Source of the DNA: an uncultured Gemmatimonadales bacterium | GTDB taxonomy: Bacteria; Gemmatimonadota; Gemmatimonadetes; Longimicrobiales; Gaopeijiaceae | Assembly: GCA_963809895.1 (NCBI GenBank) | Contig: CAWELD010000010.1 | Coordinates: forward strand, 192,001-256,000 | Reading direction: 5' to 3' | Length of the DNA stretch: 64,000 nt | In this document: positions 22,633 to 31,755 of the stretch, in pieces | Layout of the letters: every line of letters begins with the position of its first letter | Numbering within the stretch: position 1 is the stretch's first letter | Program-made: the position numbers and the translations under genes | The notes under the pieces: generated by a model | Database searches by the model: none | What the model was told of the DNA's origin: nothing | What the model saw: the letters and a program-made list of their open reading frames with translations, nothing else

Positions 22633-23627
22633 CGTCCCAACCTCCAGCGCGTGCTGGTCATGGCGAGCAGGGCACACAGCGTGACCCACGCGAAGGCCAG
22701 ACGCCGATCACGGCGCTCGTCGGCGCTCCGATGCGCCGGGGCGGCCTCGAAGACGCGGGTGCGCCACGCGGCCACCAGGGTGCCTATGTCCACGTCGGCG
22801 GCGCGCTGGAGGGTCACCCTGGGTGATTCGTCGGAGGCGTCCACCCGCAGCATGCGCCCGAATGCCTCCGGGCCTCCCCGCTCCAGGGCGAAGGTCAGCA
22901 GCGACGCCCGCGCCCAGGAGTCCAGGGCGCCGGCATCGGCATCCCCCGAATCCGCCAGACCGAGGGCGCGGACACAGGCTGCGACCACGCCGTCGATGCA
23001 GTCCCGTGCGTCCATGGAGGGCGACAGCAGGAGAGACCGATAGCGCATGCCGTAGTCCGTCACGGCCTGGAGCGTCCGGGTTCCGTACCATCGTCGGAGA
23101 CCCTCGGGGAGGGCCTGCTGGAGCGCGACGCCCATCCGGGAGCGCAGCTCGGCCCGGCGCTGCTCCGGGGTCCCGGCCCACGTCGCCACGTTCTGGCTCG
23201 GGGATTGGATGCGGTGATCGCGATCGGTCTGGACGACCATGGGCTCCAGCGCGGCGACGGGGCGCGTCACGGGCCCGGTCCAGGACGCGTAGTCTTCCTG
23301 CCAGACGTCTTCGGCCACGCTCCCGACCTGGCCCGCGTCGGACGCCCAGGTCACGATCTGGAAGGGTCCGACCGCCAGCGTGTCGAGGCCGGTGGCGGTG
23401 GGGCGGCTGGCCTGCTGCTGGAGGGCGTCCTGCCGGCGCCGCGCCTCGCGAACGGAGACCATCTCCTTGTCCAGCTCGGCCTGCAGGCGGGCCCGTGCTC
23501 TCGCGAAGGTCGCCGAATCCTCGCTGACGATCTGTGCCCCCGCGCTCCCGGCTACGAGCAGGAGCAGGCTCACGGCCAGGAGGCTCGTGGCGTGGACTCC
23601 GATCCGCGTCCTGCGCTGCCTACACAT
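22629..23627 (-). CDS. Hypothetical exported protein with C-terminal membrane anchor (peptidase MA-like C-terminal helices, no HExxH)
   Basis: Signal peptide (..AGA/Q), coiled stretch, SLLTFALERGGPEAFGRML...LVAAWR, C-terminal TM. Confidence 0.7.
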   Translation of the reverse strand: MCRQRRTRIGVHATSLLAVSLLLLVAGSAGAQIVSEDSATFARARARLQAELDKEMVSVREARRRQDALQQQASRPTATGLDTLAVGPFQIVTWASDAGQVGSVAEDVWQEDYASWTGPVTRPVAALEPMVVQTDRDHRIQSPSQNVATWAGTPEQRRAELRSRMGVALQQALPEGLRRWYGTRTLQAVTDYGMRYRSLLLSPSMDARDCIDGVVAACVRALGLADSGDADAGALDSWARASLLTFALERGGPEAFGRMLRVDASDESPRVTLQRAADVDIGTLVAAWRTRVFEAAPAHRSADERRDRRLAFAWVTLCALLAMTSTRWRLGR

Positions 23628-24303
23628 CGATGAGGAACCAGTTGCCGGTGAAGATCTGGAGCGGGCTCGGCCAGCGGCTCACGGCATCGGCGAGCCACGA
23701 CGTGAAATGGACCCCCTGGAGCGCCGGCACGAAGTCCCCGGCGAAGGTGACCACGACATCTCCGAGCAGGGGTGTGAGGATCACGGCCGTCAGCACGATG
23801 ACGGCGGTGCGGATCGTGCCTGCGGCCAGGGCGAAGACGATGCCGTACGCCGTGAGCACGGCCGCGAGGAACCGAAGGGTGAGAGCCCCGGGGTAGCCGT
23901 GCAGGCCCGTGGGAATGCTCAGTGACGCAACGGACAGGTAGGCGCCGCTGGCCAGGCCCGCCGTGGGGATCAGCGCGAGCAGGGCGCCGGCGCCGAACTT
24001 GAGGCCCGCGTATCGCCAGCGGGGGAGGGGAAGCGAGAGCGCGTATACGTGCTGCCCGTGGTGATCCCAACTCCAGGCGCTCAGCGCCAGGGTGGCGCCG
24101 GTGCCCGCCGCCAGGAGGGGAAAGAGGGGATTCCAGGTCGCGCCGACGGTGAAGATCTGATGGATGTAGAAGGTCGCCGGAATGCTCCCGCCGCCGCCCA
24201 GGGCCTGCACGGCGATGACCGGCAGGGCAAAGGCCGCGACCACGAAGGGCAGGAGCCCCCAGCGCACCGTCTTCCAGTGCAGATAGAGAAGTTGTCTCGC
24301 CAT
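23620..24303 (-). CDS. ABC-2-type permease-like membrane protein
   Basis: About 6 TM helices, YALSLPLPRWRY...KF motif; follows an ABC ATPase. Confidence 0.8.
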   Translation of the reverse strand: MARQLLYLHWKTVRWGLLPFVVAAFALPVIAVQALGGGGSIPATFYIHQIFTVGATWNPLFPLLAAGTGATLALSAWSWDHHGQHVYALSLPLPRWRYAGLKFGAGALLALIPTAGLASGAYLSVASLSIPTGLHGYPGALTLRFLAAVLTAYGIVFALAAGTIRTAVIVLTAVILTPLLGDVVVTFAGDFVPALQGVHFTSWLADAVSRWPSPLQIFTGNWFLIDV

Positions 24304-24307
24304 GCTG

Positions 24308-25228
24308 CTAGTCCTCCTCGTGCTCGGTCAGACGGCTGCGTTGCGCCCGCAGGAGCTCCACGAAGCCGTCTTCCAGATCCAGGTCGATCACATCGCGAAC
24401 GTCGGCGCCCACGCGGGCCAGGTAGTCCCGGTGCCCGTCCTCCCACCCACGGACCACCCAGGTCTCGAAGGGTGACACGCCGTTGGGGGCCGCCCGGCGC
24501 AGGACGCGGAACGGAGTCTCCTCGGGGAGTGCTGCGGGCGCGCCATCCACCCGCAGGCGCTTGATGCCGCGCTTGAAGGTGTCCATGGGCAGCTCGTCCA
24601 CCAGACGACCCCGGTCGAGGATCCCCACCCAATCGCAGATCCGCTCCAGCTCGTGCACCAGGTGCGACGAGATGAAGACCGTGGCGCCCGTGTCGGACAC
24701 GTAGTCCAGCACCGTGGTCATGACGTCGCGGCGGATGACCGGGTCCAGCCCGTCGGTGGGCTCGTCCAGGACCAGGAGCTCGGGGCGCTGGCCCAGGGCC
24801 AGGGACATCAGCAGCTTGCCGGTCTCGCCCTTGGACATGCGGCTGATCTTGCGGGTGGGGTCCAGCCCCAGGCGCTCCAGGAGCTCATCGGCCCAGTGGG
24901 GATCCCACATGCGATGGAAGGAGGCGTGGTAGCGGAGGGCCTCTTCCACGGTCAGTTGGGGATAGACGTGGGGCCTCTCGGGCACGTATCCCACCCGGGA
25001 GAGGATGTGGGGCAGGTCCCGAGGCACGTGGCCGTCCAGCACCCGCACCGCGCCGCTCCCCGGTCGGATCATCCCCATGAGGATGCGGATGGCGGTGGTC
25101 TTGCCCGAGCCGTTGGGGCCCAGGAAGCCGTAGATGGATCCGCGAGGCACCCGCACCGTGAGGTCGCGGAGCGCGAAGGAGCGGCCGGGGCTCCAGCACA
25201 CGTCGGTGAGCTCGATGGCGTGGCTCAT
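24308..25228 (-). CDS. ABC transporter ATP-binding protein (YtrB-like)
   Basis: GPNGSGKT, MSKGE, LDEPTDGLD, ISSH. Confidence 0.93.
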   Translation of the reverse strand: MSHAIELTDVCWSPGRSFALRDLTVRVPRGSIYGFLGPNGSGKTTAIRILMGMIRPGSGAVRVLDGHVPRDLPHILSRVGYVPERPHVYPQLTVEEALRYHASFHRMWDPHWADELLERLGLDPTRKISRMSKGETGKLLMSLALGQRPELLVLDEPTDGLDPVIRRDVMTTVLDYVSDTGATVFISSHLVHELERICDWVGILDRGRLVDELPMDTFKRGIKRLRVDGAPAALPEETPFRVLRRAAPNGVSPFETWVVRGWEDGHRDYLARVGADVRDVIDLDLEDGFVELLRAQRSRLTEHEED

Positions 25229-25629
25229 GGCTCCACGGCCTCCTTCTTCGCTCCCTCGACCTCTCCCGCCGCATCGTGCAGCGCCTCGAGGAACTCGCCG
25301 ACGGGTACGCCCCGCCGCGCCGCTTCGGCCAGGGCGCGCCGCGCCATGTCCCGGGCCTGCCGGCGGCGCTCGTCGTCCCGAGCGGGCGAGGGGACCTGAC
25401 GCACGAAGGTTCCGGCGCCGTGTCGGGTCTCCACGAAGCCGTCGGCCTCCAGGGACCGGTAGGCCTGCACCACCGTGGCGGGGTTCACCCGTGCCGTCCG
25501 TGCGAGCTGCCGCACCGAGGGCAGCGCATCGCCGGGTGACAGATCATGGGTCGCCACCGCCATGCGCACCCGTGCCGCGATCTGCGCGTAGAGAGGCGTG
25601 GGGCTCCGGGGATCCAGGTCTTCGAACAC
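25225..25629 (-). CDS. GntR family regulator, YtrA subfamily
   Basis: PLYAQI...PGDALPSVRQLA...VNPATV..AY..LE..G....G.GTFV with a short C-terminal domain. Confidence 0.93.
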   Translation of the reverse strand: MFEDLDPRSPTPLYAQIAARVRMAVATHDLSPGDALPSVRQLARTARVNPATVVQAYRSLEADGFVETRHGAGTFVRQVPSPARDDERRRQARDMARRALAEAARRGVPVGEFLEALHDAAGEVEGAKKEAVEP

Positions 25630-25644
25630 GTCACAGGTCTCCGG

Positions 25645-26820
25645 TCACGAGCCACATGCGACCACACCGGCGGGCCATCCCGGGGGAGCACTGGCGCCGT
25701 AGCCCAGTAGGCACAGTCGGTCCAGGTTCCGGTGCGTGGCGACCAGTGCCCAACCGCGGTCGTCGGCGTTCAGGATGTCCAGCTCCAATCCCACCGGGAT
25801 CTCGATGGAGAGCGAATCGAGCCGGCTCGTGTAGGTGAAGTGGTCGGCGTAGTGAAGCTCCTCGGCGACGGCGAGCTGCCTGAGGATTCCTCGAACCTCC
25901 GCTGCCAGATCGACCGTGTCCGCGGCCATGTCCTCCCGCCTGTCGTCCACGTTCACGGCGAGCCACTCGGGAAGCTCCGCGGTCTCGTCGCTGGACTTCA
26001 GGGCGTAGACCCGCGCGAAGTTCACGCCGTTCGGATCGAGCCAGCGTCCCAGCACCTCCATGTCCCGGAGACGTACCTCCTGAGGATCGAAGGCCTCGGG
26101 AAGCGCCAGGACGGCGCGGGGTCGTCCTCCCTCCACCGTCGTCCAGCGGATCATGCCACCGGCAGCGTCGGGTTCGCGGATCAGCAGATCGCCACCGGCG
26201 GTGATCCGCACCTCACGCCAGGGCCTGGCGCCGCCAGGGGATGGCAGCTCCGACAGCAGGGACTTCACCCGCGCGCGCTCCTCGGGCGTCAGCGCACCGC
26301 TCACGAGGAAACGACGGAACGGCCACACATCCATGGCGAACACGCTGTCGCCGGACAGGTCCACGCTGCTCATGGTGCCCTGGATCCGCCCCTGGAGGTC
26401 GAAGCGGGTCGCGCGATCGCCACGGCTGTCCAGCGCCAGGACCGATGCAGGCGTGAGGTACACCCGCGACAGCCACTGGAACTCCCCCGGCCCGTCGCCC
26501 TGGCGACCCCAACTGCGCAGCCACTTGCCCTCGGCGTCGAAGACCGAGATGCGGTTCGCGCGGCCGTCGGCCACCAGGACGTCGCCGCCGGCCATGCGCC
26601 GCACGCTCACGATCTGGTCGAAGAGGTAATGGCGGTCACCGGACACGAGGCCGATCTCGAGCGACGGAGTCTCGGAGATCGACAGGACCGGCAGCGCTGA
26701 AGGGTCGGCGGCGCCGTCCGACGGCTGATGCTCCGGGGCGCACGCACCGGCGAGCAGGCTCGTGGCCAGGAGAGTCTTGGCCGCGAGGCGATGCTGAACG
26801 GCTGCAGATGCACGACGCAA
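25645..26820 (-). CDS. Lipoprotein with 6-bladed beta-propeller (NHL-like) repeats and C-terminal pilin-like domain
   Basis: Lipobox LAGAC; FDAEGKWLRSWGRQGDGPGEF; C-terminal LRQLAVAEELHYAD..TY...GW...ATH....C...C. GGAGG 6 nt before the TTG start. Confidence 0.75.
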   Translation of the reverse strand: MRRASAAVQHRLAAKTLLATSLLAGACAPEHQPSDGAADPSALPVLSISETPSLEIGLVSGDRHYLFDQIVSVRRMAGGDVLVADGRANRISVFDAEGKWLRSWGRQGDGPGEFQWLSRVYLTPASVLALDSRGDRATRFDLQGRIQGTMSSVDLSGDSVFAMDVWPFRRFLVSGALTPEERARVKSLLSELPSPGGARPWREVRITAGGDLLIREPDAAGGMIRWTTVEGGRPRAVLALPEAFDPQEVRLRDMEVLGRWLDPNGVNFARVYALKSSDETAELPEWLAVNVDDRREDMAADTVDLAAEVRGILRQLAVAEELHYADHFTYTSRLDSLSIEIPVGLELDILNADDRGWALVATHRNLDRLCLLGYGASAPPGWPAGVVACGS

Positions 26821-26849
26821 CGAGGTCCTCCGCGCTGGAGACGAGACAC

Positions 26850-26885
26850 TGTATCGCTGTATCGGTCAACCAATACACCAATACA
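26850..26885. promoter_or_regulatory. Palindromic operator, YtrA/GntR type
   Basis: tgtatcgctgtatcggt-ca-accaatacaccaataca: 17-bp arms matching 14/17, each with two TGTATYGS units. Confidence 0.75.
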
Positions 26886-27038
26886 CCCGGAGACGCCCGT
26901 CGGTCAAGACTCTCGAGCGGGGGCCGGGAGAGGGTGACCCTGACGGCGCCCACGGACCACCGTAGTTTTCGCGGGCCCGGCGTCTTAGAGTGGGATGTCG
27001 GTTTCCATGCCTTCTCCCCCTCCCGACTCGACGCAGCC

Positions 27039-28454
27039 ATGGCTTCCGTGCCCCCCCGCCGCCGGTCGTTCGACCGGTCCATCGTCGAAGGCTCCCTGCC
27101 CGGAGCCGTCTGGCGGCTGGCCTGGCCCACCATGATCCAGAACGTCATCGGGGGGATGCAGGGCGTGATCGACCACGCCATGGTCGGCCACTACGTCGGC
27201 TTCACGGGCAACGCCGCCATCGGCGTGTCATGGCAGATCTTCCTGGTGGTGATCGTCTTCATCACCTCGCTCTTCACCGGGATGGGCGTTCTGGTGGCCC
27301 GCTTCACCGGCGCCGACGATCACGAAGCGGTCAACCGCACGGTGTATCAGGCCTTCCTCACCGCCGCCGGGTTGTCGCTCCTCATCATGGCTCCCGTGGG
27401 ATACGTATTGGCGCCCAAGCTCCTGGGGCTGGTGAACGCCACACCGGCAGTGCAGGCCGAGGCGCTGCCGTATCTGCGCACCATGTTCCTGTTCAGCTTC
27501 GGCATGATGATGTTCTTCATGCTGAGCGGGGCGCTGCGCTCGGCCGGTGACGCCACCACGCCTCTGCGTCTGGGCATCGTCCTCACGGCGCTGAACGTCA
27601 CGCTCAACGTCATCTTCATCGCCGGCCTCGGACCCGTTCCCGCGTTCGGCACCCAGGGCGCGGCCATGGGCACGGTCATCGCCGGGGCCCTGGTGAGCGT
27701 CGGAGCCATCGCCCTCATGTTCACCGGGCGGCTCGTCATCAGCTTTCACCGGGGGATGTCCCTCAGGCCCGATCCAGGCATCATCCGGGAGCTCTTCCGC
27801 TTCGGCCTGCCCACCGGCGTCCAGGGCGTGGCGATGAACGTGGGCGGCGTCTTCCTGCTGCGCTTCATCGGTTCGCTGGATGCCAGCGCCGAGGCTCAGG
27901 CCGCGTACGCCATCAGCTACACCGAGCTGTTCAGCTTCATCACCTGGACCTCGGTGGGCCTCATGGGAGCCACCGCCGCAGTGGCCGGCCAGAACCTCGG
28001 CGCCGGCCGCCCCGAGCGCACGGAGCAGGCCGTGCGGGTGGCGGCGCGCATCGGTCTCGGCGCCGCGGCGCTGGTGGGCTCGCTCTTCCTGCTGATTCCC
28101 CGGGCGTTGCTGGGGATCTTCGGGATGCAGGACCCGGCCGTGGTGGACCTGGGGGTCCAGCTCCTGCACTTCCTCAGCGTGTCGGGGCTCTTCATCACCG
28201 TGGCCCTGACCTACACCGGTGGGCTCCAGGGCACCGGCGACACCCGCAGCCCCCTCTACATCTCCATCGTCTCGCAGCTCGTCATTCCCCTGGGGATGTG
28301 CGCCATCCTGCAGGCGACCCGGGGCCTGCGCCCCACCGACATCTGGCTGGCGATCCTCATCGGACACGCCACGCGTTGCACACTCAGCGTCCTGCGCTTC
28401 CGCCAGGGCAAGTGGCGCGGGATCGAGGTGGACATCGGCACAGCACGGGCCTGA
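27039..28454 (+). CDS. MATE family efflux transporter
   Basis: IVEGSL...WRLAWP, ID..MVG, LRSAGDA.TPL, GQNLGAG, LQGTGDT; about 12 TM. Confidence 0.93.
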   Translation: MASVPPRRRSFDRSIVEGSLPGAVWRLAWPTMIQNVIGGMQGVIDHAMVGHYVGFTGNAAIGVSWQIFLVVIVFITSLFTGMGVLVARFTGADDHEAVNRTVYQAFLTAAGLSLLIMAPVGYVLAPKLLGLVNATPAVQAEALPYLRTMFLFSFGMMMFFMLSGALRSAGDATTPLRLGIVLTALNVTLNVIFIAGLGPVPAFGTQGAAMGTVIAGALVSVGAIALMFTGRLVISFHRGMSLRPDPGIIRELFRFGLPTGVQGVAMNVGGVFLLRFIGSLDASAEAQAAYAISYTELFSFITWTSVGLMGATAAVAGQNLGAGRPERTEQAVRVAARIGLGAAALVGSLFLLIPRALLGIFGMQDPAVVDLGVQLLHFLSVSGLFITVALTYTGGLQGTGDTRSPLYISIVSQLVIPLGMCAILQATRGLRPTDIWLAILIGHATRCTLSVLRFRQGKWRGIEVDIGTARA

Positions 28455-28527
28455 AGGTTTGCGGGTCCGGGGGGCGGAATCTCCCTCGGGGCAGGCGTGA
28501 TCCCGGCCCGTTGGATTCGCCGCCCCT

Positions 28528-28586
28528 TCCCATTGACATCTTAGGGGACGTCGGCGAAGTTTGGGTCCCATAGACATTTTATGGGA
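28528..28586. promoter_or_regulatory. Two 21-bp palindromic boxes upstream of padR (probable operators)
   Basis: tcccattgacatcttagggga (28528-28548) and tcccatagacattttatggga (28566-28586); the first contains TTGACA. Confidence 0.7.
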
Positions 28587-28661
28587 GTCGACGCCCACGG
28601 CCTGGCCGGCGAGCGATGGTCCCGCCGCGGTGGGCCGTAGAAGACGACGAGGGGTGATGCC

Positions 28662-29012
28662 ATGAGTCGGATGGACATTCTACAGGGGACGCTGGACGTC
28701 CTGATCCTCCAGACCCTGGAGGCCGCGGGGTCCACCCACGGGTACCAGATCGCCCGTTCCATCAAGGAGCGGTCCGACGAGGTGCTCCAGGTCGAGGAGG
28801 GTGCGCTCTATCCCGCCCTCCACCGACTGCAGCGCCGGGGCTGGGTGCGCTCCGAGTGGGGACGCTCCGAGAACAAGCGACGGGCCAAGTTCTACGAGCT
28901 CACCGACGAGGGGCGGCGCGCCTTGCGTACCGAGGCCACGGCGTGGGACCGCTACGCCGCGGCGGTGGGCAAGGTCCTGGACGGCGCGCCTCGGGGAACG
29001 GTGGCGCCGTGA
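28662..29012 (+). CDS. PadR family transcriptional regulator
   Basis: LQGTLD.LIL...HGY.I...EEGALYPALHRL...W..SENKRRAKFY.LT..G. Confidence 0.95.
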   Translation: MSRMDILQGTLDVLILQTLEAAGSTHGYQIARSIKERSDEVLQVEEGALYPALHRLQRRGWVRSEWGRSENKRRAKFYELTDEGRRALRTEATAWDRYAAAVGKVLDGAPRGTVAP

Positions 29013-31648
29013 GCGTCTGGGATACGCTCCGTCGGGTGCTGGGGCGTCGAGGTCTGGAGCGGGAGGTGGCCGAGGAGGTGGAATCGCATCTCCTGCACCG
29101 GGTGGACGACCTGGTCGCGGAGGGCCACGATCCGGACGAGGCCCGGCGGCGGGCCGAGGCGGAGTTCGGAGACGTGGCGCGCATCCGGCGGCAATGTGCC
29201 AGCGAGCTGGAGCGTACCGTCCGCCTGCAGGGCCCGGGCCGGGTGCTGGACGCCGTCGGGCACGACCTGGCCTGGGCCTGGAGGCAGCTCCGGCGCGGAC
29301 CCGGATTCGCGCTGGTGGCGGTAGCGACACTGGCGCTGGGCATCGGGGCCACCACGACCATCGTGGCGGTGGTGGACGCGGTGGTGCTGGAGCCGCTTCC
29401 CTTCCATGAGCCGGATCGCCTGGTGGCCGTGGAGGAGACCACGCCCGCCGGCGCGTCCTTCGTGGCTTCCGAGCCCGACTTCCTCGACTGGCGGGCCGGC
29501 GCCACGGGCTTCTCGGACATGGCCGCCATCACGACCCGGAGCGGCATCCTGTCGGGGCAGGCGGGTGAGCCCCGCGCCGTCCAGGTCGGCTGGGCGTCCG
29601 CGTCGCTCCTGGACGTTCTGGGCGTACAGCCTCTGTTGGGTCGCGGGATACGCCCCGACGAAGACCGGCCCGGCGGGCGGGCCCCGGTGGTGGTTCTGAG
29701 CCACGAGGCCTGGCGGGAGCGCTTCGGGGGCGACCGGAACGTGGTGGGCTCGACGGTGCTCCTCGACGGCCAGGCGCACACGGTGGTGGGCGTGCTCCCG
29801 GCCGGTCTGTCCTTCCTGGACCGGATGGACCTGCTGGTGCCTCTGGGCGCCGATCCGGCCAGCGACCGCGAGGAGCACTACCTGGACGTGTACGCGCGCC
29901 TCGCCCCGGGCCGCACGCTGGAGAGCGCAGCGCAGGAGCTCGGCACCGTGATGGCGGGCGTCGCCGAGCGGCACCCGGAGATCGCGGGCTGGGGCACCCG
30001 GGTGCGGCCCGTTCGCGATGTCCTGGTGGGCTCCGACCTCACGCGCGCGGGTTGGGTGTTGCTCGCCGCCGCGGCCCTCCTTCTCCTCATCGCCTGTGTG
30101 AACGTGACCAACCTGTTGTTGGCTCGCGCCACCGTGCGGCGGGGTGAGGTGGGGGTGCGGGTGGCGCTGGGTGCCGGCCGGGGGCGCATCGTGCGTCAGC
30201 TCCTCACCGAGAGCGCCGTGCTGGCGGCCGTGGGAGGCGCCCTGGGGATGCTCATCACCTTCCTTGCCCTCCCGGCGGTGCAGTCGCTGGGAGCCGGGCG
30301 CATCCCCCGCCTCGATCAGGCCGCCATCAGCCCGGCGGTCCTGATCGCCTGTCTGGCATCGGTCTCCGTCGCGGCGCTGGCGTTCGGGCTCGCCCCGGCA
30401 TTCGACCTTCGAGGCAGCGGGCCCATGGGCGCGCTCCGTGGGGCGGGGCGGGGAGGTCAGGCGGCGGGCCAGGGCCTGCGGTCCGCCATGGTCATGGGTC
30501 AGATCGCCCTGTCGGTGATGCTGCTGGTGGGCACGGGGCTCCTGGTCCGTTCGTTCATGCGGCTGGCGGCGGTGGATCCGGGCTTCGACGCCCGCCACGC
30601 CCTGGCGGTGACCGTCAGCATGCCCGATGCCGTCTACGACTGGACCGAGCGGCCGGTGATGGTGGACCGGATGCTCGGTGCCGTGGCGGCCGTTCCGGGC
30701 GTGACGGCGGTGGGCGCCACGGCCGTGGATCCCTTCGGCGGGATGAACCTGGCGAACTTCGCGGCCCGCGAGGATCGCATGCCCGCCGATGCGCGCGACT
30801 TCCTGCCGGTGGCGTGGCGCACGGTGACCCCGGGGTTCTTCCGAGCCATGGGGGTGGAGTTGCGCGAGGGCCGGCCCTTCCGTGCCGACGACGGTTGGAA
30901 GGACACGGGCACGCCGGTGATCGTGAGCGCGTCGCTGGCCGGGGAGCTGTGGCCGGAAGGAGATGCGCTGGGATCGACGCTGGTCTGGGGGGATCCCTCG
31001 GGCTCGCGCCTCACCATCGTGGGCGTGGTGAACGACGTACAGGACGTGACGGCGGGGGCCGATCCGCCGCCCATCATCTATCGCGCCTACCGGCAGATTC
31101 CCTGGGCCGTGGTGACCTTCATCGTGCGGACGCGAGCCGGAGCGGCCGGCCAGGTGCCGGGCGCGGTCCACGAGGCGCTCAGACGGGTGGCGCCCACGCT
31201 CGCGGTGCCGGAGCTCCATCCCCTCGAGGCCAACCTGGACTCGGCCGTGGCGCCGCGGCGCTTCAATGCCATCCTCCTGGGCACCTTCGCCGGAGCCGGG
31301 TTGCTGCTGGCCCTCGTGGGCGTGTACGGCGTCACCTCCTTCTTCGTGAGTCGACGCGTCCGCGAGATCGGCATCCGGTTGGCACTGGGAGGCGAGCCCT
31401 CGGGGATCCGCCGCATGGTGCTGGTCCAGAGCCTGCGCCTGGCGGTGGCGGGGACGTTGCTCGGGGGACTCGGAGCGTGGATCGCCGGCCGCTGGATTGC
31501 ATCGCTCCTCTACCGGACCACGCCCGGCGACGCTCTCACCTGGGTCGCCGTTCCCCTGATCCTGCTGGCGGCGACGATGGTGGCGGCGTGGGTGCCTTCG
31601 CTACGCGCCACCCGGGTGAATCCCAGAGACGCGTTGGCGGCCGAGTAG
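29009..31648 (+). CDS. ADOP-type duplicated MacB/FtsX ABC permease
   Basis: EV.EEV..HL prefix, PGFA.VA..TLALGIGA, LLLIACVNV.NLLL, R.ALGA, duplicated second half (REIGIRLALG). GTGA overlap with padR. Confidence 0.92.
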   Translation: MSVWDTLRRVLGRRGLEREVAEEVESHLLHRVDDLVAEGHDPDEARRRAEAEFGDVARIRRQCASELERTVRLQGPGRVLDAVGHDLAWAWRQLRRGPGFALVAVATLALGIGATTTIVAVVDAVVLEPLPFHEPDRLVAVEETTPAGASFVASEPDFLDWRAGATGFSDMAAITTRSGILSGQAGEPRAVQVGWASASLLDVLGVQPLLGRGIRPDEDRPGGRAPVVVLSHEAWRERFGGDRNVVGSTVLLDGQAHTVVGVLPAGLSFLDRMDLLVPLGADPASDREEHYLDVYARLAPGRTLESAAQELGTVMAGVAERHPEIAGWGTRVRPVRDVLVGSDLTRAGWVLLAAAALLLLIACVNVTNLLLARATVRRGEVGVRVALGAGRGRIVRQLLTESAVLAAVGGALGMLITFLALPAVQSLGAGRIPRLDQAAISPAVLIACLASVSVAALAFGLAPAFDLRGSGPMGALRGAGRGGQAAGQGLRSAMVMGQIALSVMLLVGTGLLVRSFMRLAAVDPGFDARHALAVTVSMPDAVYDWTERPVMVDRMLGAVAAVPGVTAVGATAVDPFGGMNLANFAAREDRMPADARDFLPVAWRTVTPGFFRAMGVELREGRPFRADDGWKDTGTPVIVSASLAGELWPEGDALGSTLVWGDPSGSRLTIVGVVNDVQDVTAGADPPPIIYRAYRQIPWAVVTFIVRTRAGAAGQVPGAVHEALRRVAPTLAVPELHPLEANLDSAVAPRRFNAILLGTFAGAGLLLALVGVYGVTSFFVSRRVREIGIRLALGGEPSGIRRMVLVQSLRLAVAGTLLGGLGAWIAGRWIASLLYRTTPGDALTWVAVPLILLAATMVAAWVPSLRATRVNPRDALAAE

Positions 31649-31755
31649 CGGCTCCTCCAGGCGATCCACCGGAACCCCCGACGGAGACGGGCACCCGCGG
31701 ACGCGTCGGGAGTACGCAGGCCCGCGACCGCACCATCCCCCCAACCCCCGAATCC

